A stretch of 64,000 bases of DNA, from NCBI GenBank assembly GCA_963662265.2, contig CAXXHA010000003.1:61942-125941 (forward strand). Reading direction: 5' to 3'. Below the pieces are notes generated by a model. That model saw nothing but the letters and a program-made list of their open reading frames with translations. It did not search any database and was not told where the DNA came from. Origin of the DNA: Spirochaetia bacterium (lineage in GTDB: Bacteria > Spirochaetota > Spirochaetia > CADAEX01). Position numbers and translations under genes: made by a program. Below are positions 61,848 through 64,000 of this stretch, piece after piece (positions within the stretch are counted from its first letter, which is position 1; the number at the start of each line of letters is the position of its first letter).

Positions 61848-64000
61848 ATGTCGGAAATTTTAAGACCTGTAAGTTTTGATAAACTTTTAAACTGGATACT
61901 TGCAGAATACAAAGACAGCAGATCTGTTTTCGGTATAAGAAAATTCTATAAAAACAGTTCAGGCAGGAGTGCAGAAATGTTCGGTGAGAAAATCTCCGGT
62001 ATTGCCGGTCCTGCAGCAGGTCCCGCAACACAGCTGGCTCAGAATATTGTTTCAGGATATCTTGCAGGAGCGAGGTTTATTGAACTTAAAACTGTGCAGG
62101 TTATTGACGGGGAGGAACTAAGGACATGTATTGCAAGACCCTGTATCAGGGCAGTTGATGAATGCTACAACTGTGAATGGTCTACAGAGCTTACAGTCCA
62201 GCAGGCATATGAGGAATATGTAAAGGGATTTATCCTGAATATTGTCCTTGCAAATGAATTCGGAATATCTGAAAAAAAGGATTTTCTCTTCAACATGAGT
62301 GTCGGATATGATTATGAGGGCATTACATCACCGAAGATAGATACATTTATAAATAATATGGCTGATGCTTCGCAAAACAGCTTTTTCTCAGAATGTATTA
62401 ATTACCTTCTTGAAAACCTTGATCTGTTCAGCAATGTTAATGAAGAGGATATCAGAAACATTGATACAGTTGTTTCAAATTCAATAACACTGTCAACACT
62501 GCACGGATGTCCTCCCGAAGAGATAGAAAAAATATCACACTATTTCCTCACAGAAAAAAACATTCATACATATGTTAAATGCAATCCAACTCTTCTCGGG
62601 TATGATTTTACCCGCAGCATACTCGATAGAATGGGGTACAGCTATGTTGATTTCGATGACACCCATTTCATGCAGGATCTAAAATATCCTGATGCTGTTA
62701 GCCTGATCAGAAGGCTTATGAAAACCGCTTCAGACAGGGGTCTTGATTTCGGGGTTAAAATCACAAATACCTTCCCTGTAAAGGCAAGCAGGAATGAGCT
62801 CCCTTCAGAATACATGTATATGTCGGGCCGTTCCCTCTACCCCTTGAGCCTGAATGTTGCTGCAAAGCTGTCAGAGGAATTCGGGGAAAACTCCCTGTCT
62901 CATTTTCAGGGGGGGCTGATTTTTTCAACATAAGATCTCTTTTCAGTACCGAGTCATGCCTGTAACTGTTGCGACAACTATTCTGAAACCTGGCGGATAT
63001 GAAAGGTTTTATCAGCTTTCCGGGGAGGTTGAATCTGGTCTTTCCGGTTCTTTCAGAGGTATAGATGTCGGTGCGATTTCAGAATTGGCAGATAATGTTG
63101 TAAACGAGGAAAGACACAGGAAGGATTACCGCTTTGTCGAAAGCAGGAAAACTGATTCCGCTTTACCGTTATTCGACTGTTTTCAAATCGCCGTGCAGCG
63201 AGGGTGGGTGCCCAATTAATCAGCAGATATCTCTGTATCTTGAATATGTTTTAGAAAAGGATTATGAAAATGCGTTCAAGGTTATAGCGGTTGATAACGC
63301 GCTTCCCGCAATCACAGGAAGCATATGCAACCATGACTGCCAGTTCAAGTGCACCCGTCTTGATTATGAGTCATCACTGAAGATCCGGGAAGCGAAGAAG
63401 GCAGCTGTTATTAATGCACAGGATGACTTTATAAAAAATATAATGAAAACCCCTTTCAGGACAGATAAAAAAGCTGCTGTAATCGGAGCAGGGCCTGCTG
63501 GTATTTCCGCCGCAGTTTACCTGAGAAGGAACGGTATTCCTGTTACTGTATTTGAGAAAACAGACAGGCCGATGGGAATAGTAGAACATATTATTCCCGA
63601 GTTCAGGATCCCCGAGGAAATGATTGATAAAGATTTCAATTTATCTGTTAAAACAGGGGTCGAGTATGTATTCATGTGCAGCTCCGAGTATGATGTTTCG
63701 AAGCTGAAAAAGGAATATGATTTCATTATTATTGCAACCGGTGCATGGGAGAAAGGACGTAATTCTGTAGACAGGGGCAAAGACATGCTTGTTGATGCAC
63801 TTGATTTTCTGAAGAAATCAAAGGACTGCGGAAATACACTTGATATAGGAAAAAGGGTTGCTGTAATCGGCGGCGGGGATGTTGCTATGGACTGTGTCAG
63901 GACAGCATCCAGGACCTATGGTGTTGAAAAGGCTGATATAGTTTACAGGCGTACAAAAGAATATATGCCTGTTTCCAGGGAAGAGCTCAACCTTACACTT
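61848..64000 (+). CDS. ygfK: YgfK-family oxidoreductase (partial, with probable indels)
   Basis: GPAAGPATQLAQN, ELKTVQ, YNCEWSTEL, TLSTLHGCPP.EIE, KCNPTLLG and YMSGRSL, followed by GltD-like GAGPAG and VIGGGDVAMDC. Confidence 0.9.

Noticed and set aside
1-64000. Short antisense or overlapping ORFs in the track (e.g. 428..787, 6072..6743, 46597..47016, 50577..51104, 59879..60433)
   Set aside because: They shadow well-supported genes and show no recognisable motifs.
1-64000. CRISPR array, rRNA, tRNA or prophage
   Set aside because: No regularly spaced repeats, RNA-gene signatures or phage genes were seen on reading; a tool scan would be needed to exclude divergent tRNAs.

Overview
A 64-kb, AT-rich bacterial chromosomal segment, most likely from a Spirochaetia-like anaerobe. 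The lineage is an inference from 'FAGGxxE'-type exported-protein leaders, a stand-alone FecR protein and the OppC architecture. Many otherwise intact genes are split, mostly at homopolymer runs, which points to long-read indel errors rather than pseudogenisation. Content, left to right: a divergent pair of paralogous uncharacterised genes (one fused to an HU/IHF domain) around a structured spacer; nitroreductase; oppABCDF; PAS-GGDEF cyclase; CDF transporter; PfpI; lysE/argP; surE; MscS; a sigma54-driven peroxiredoxin with a divergent NorR-like activator; serA/serC; a YesMN-like two-component system with a TAXI-TRAP transporter; galKT with a LacI regulator; pcm; CHASE-GGDEF cyclase; an exported WD40-caspase gene bracketed by IS-type ends; typA; MarR-MATE; two proteins ending in the same Cys/His motif; a porin-like gene with a CotH kinase; and the start of an xdhABC-ssnA-ygfK purine-catabolism cluster. 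No rRNA, tRNA or CRISPR array was seen. The best novelty candidates are (1) the paralogue/HU-fusion locus with a putative kissing-loop RNA, (2) the IS-end-flanked WD40-caspase cassette, (3) the NorR-like/sigma54 peroxiredoxin module and (4) the CxxCKKIR...HxxCPxC output domain. All calls were made by eye; no searches or folding calculations were run.
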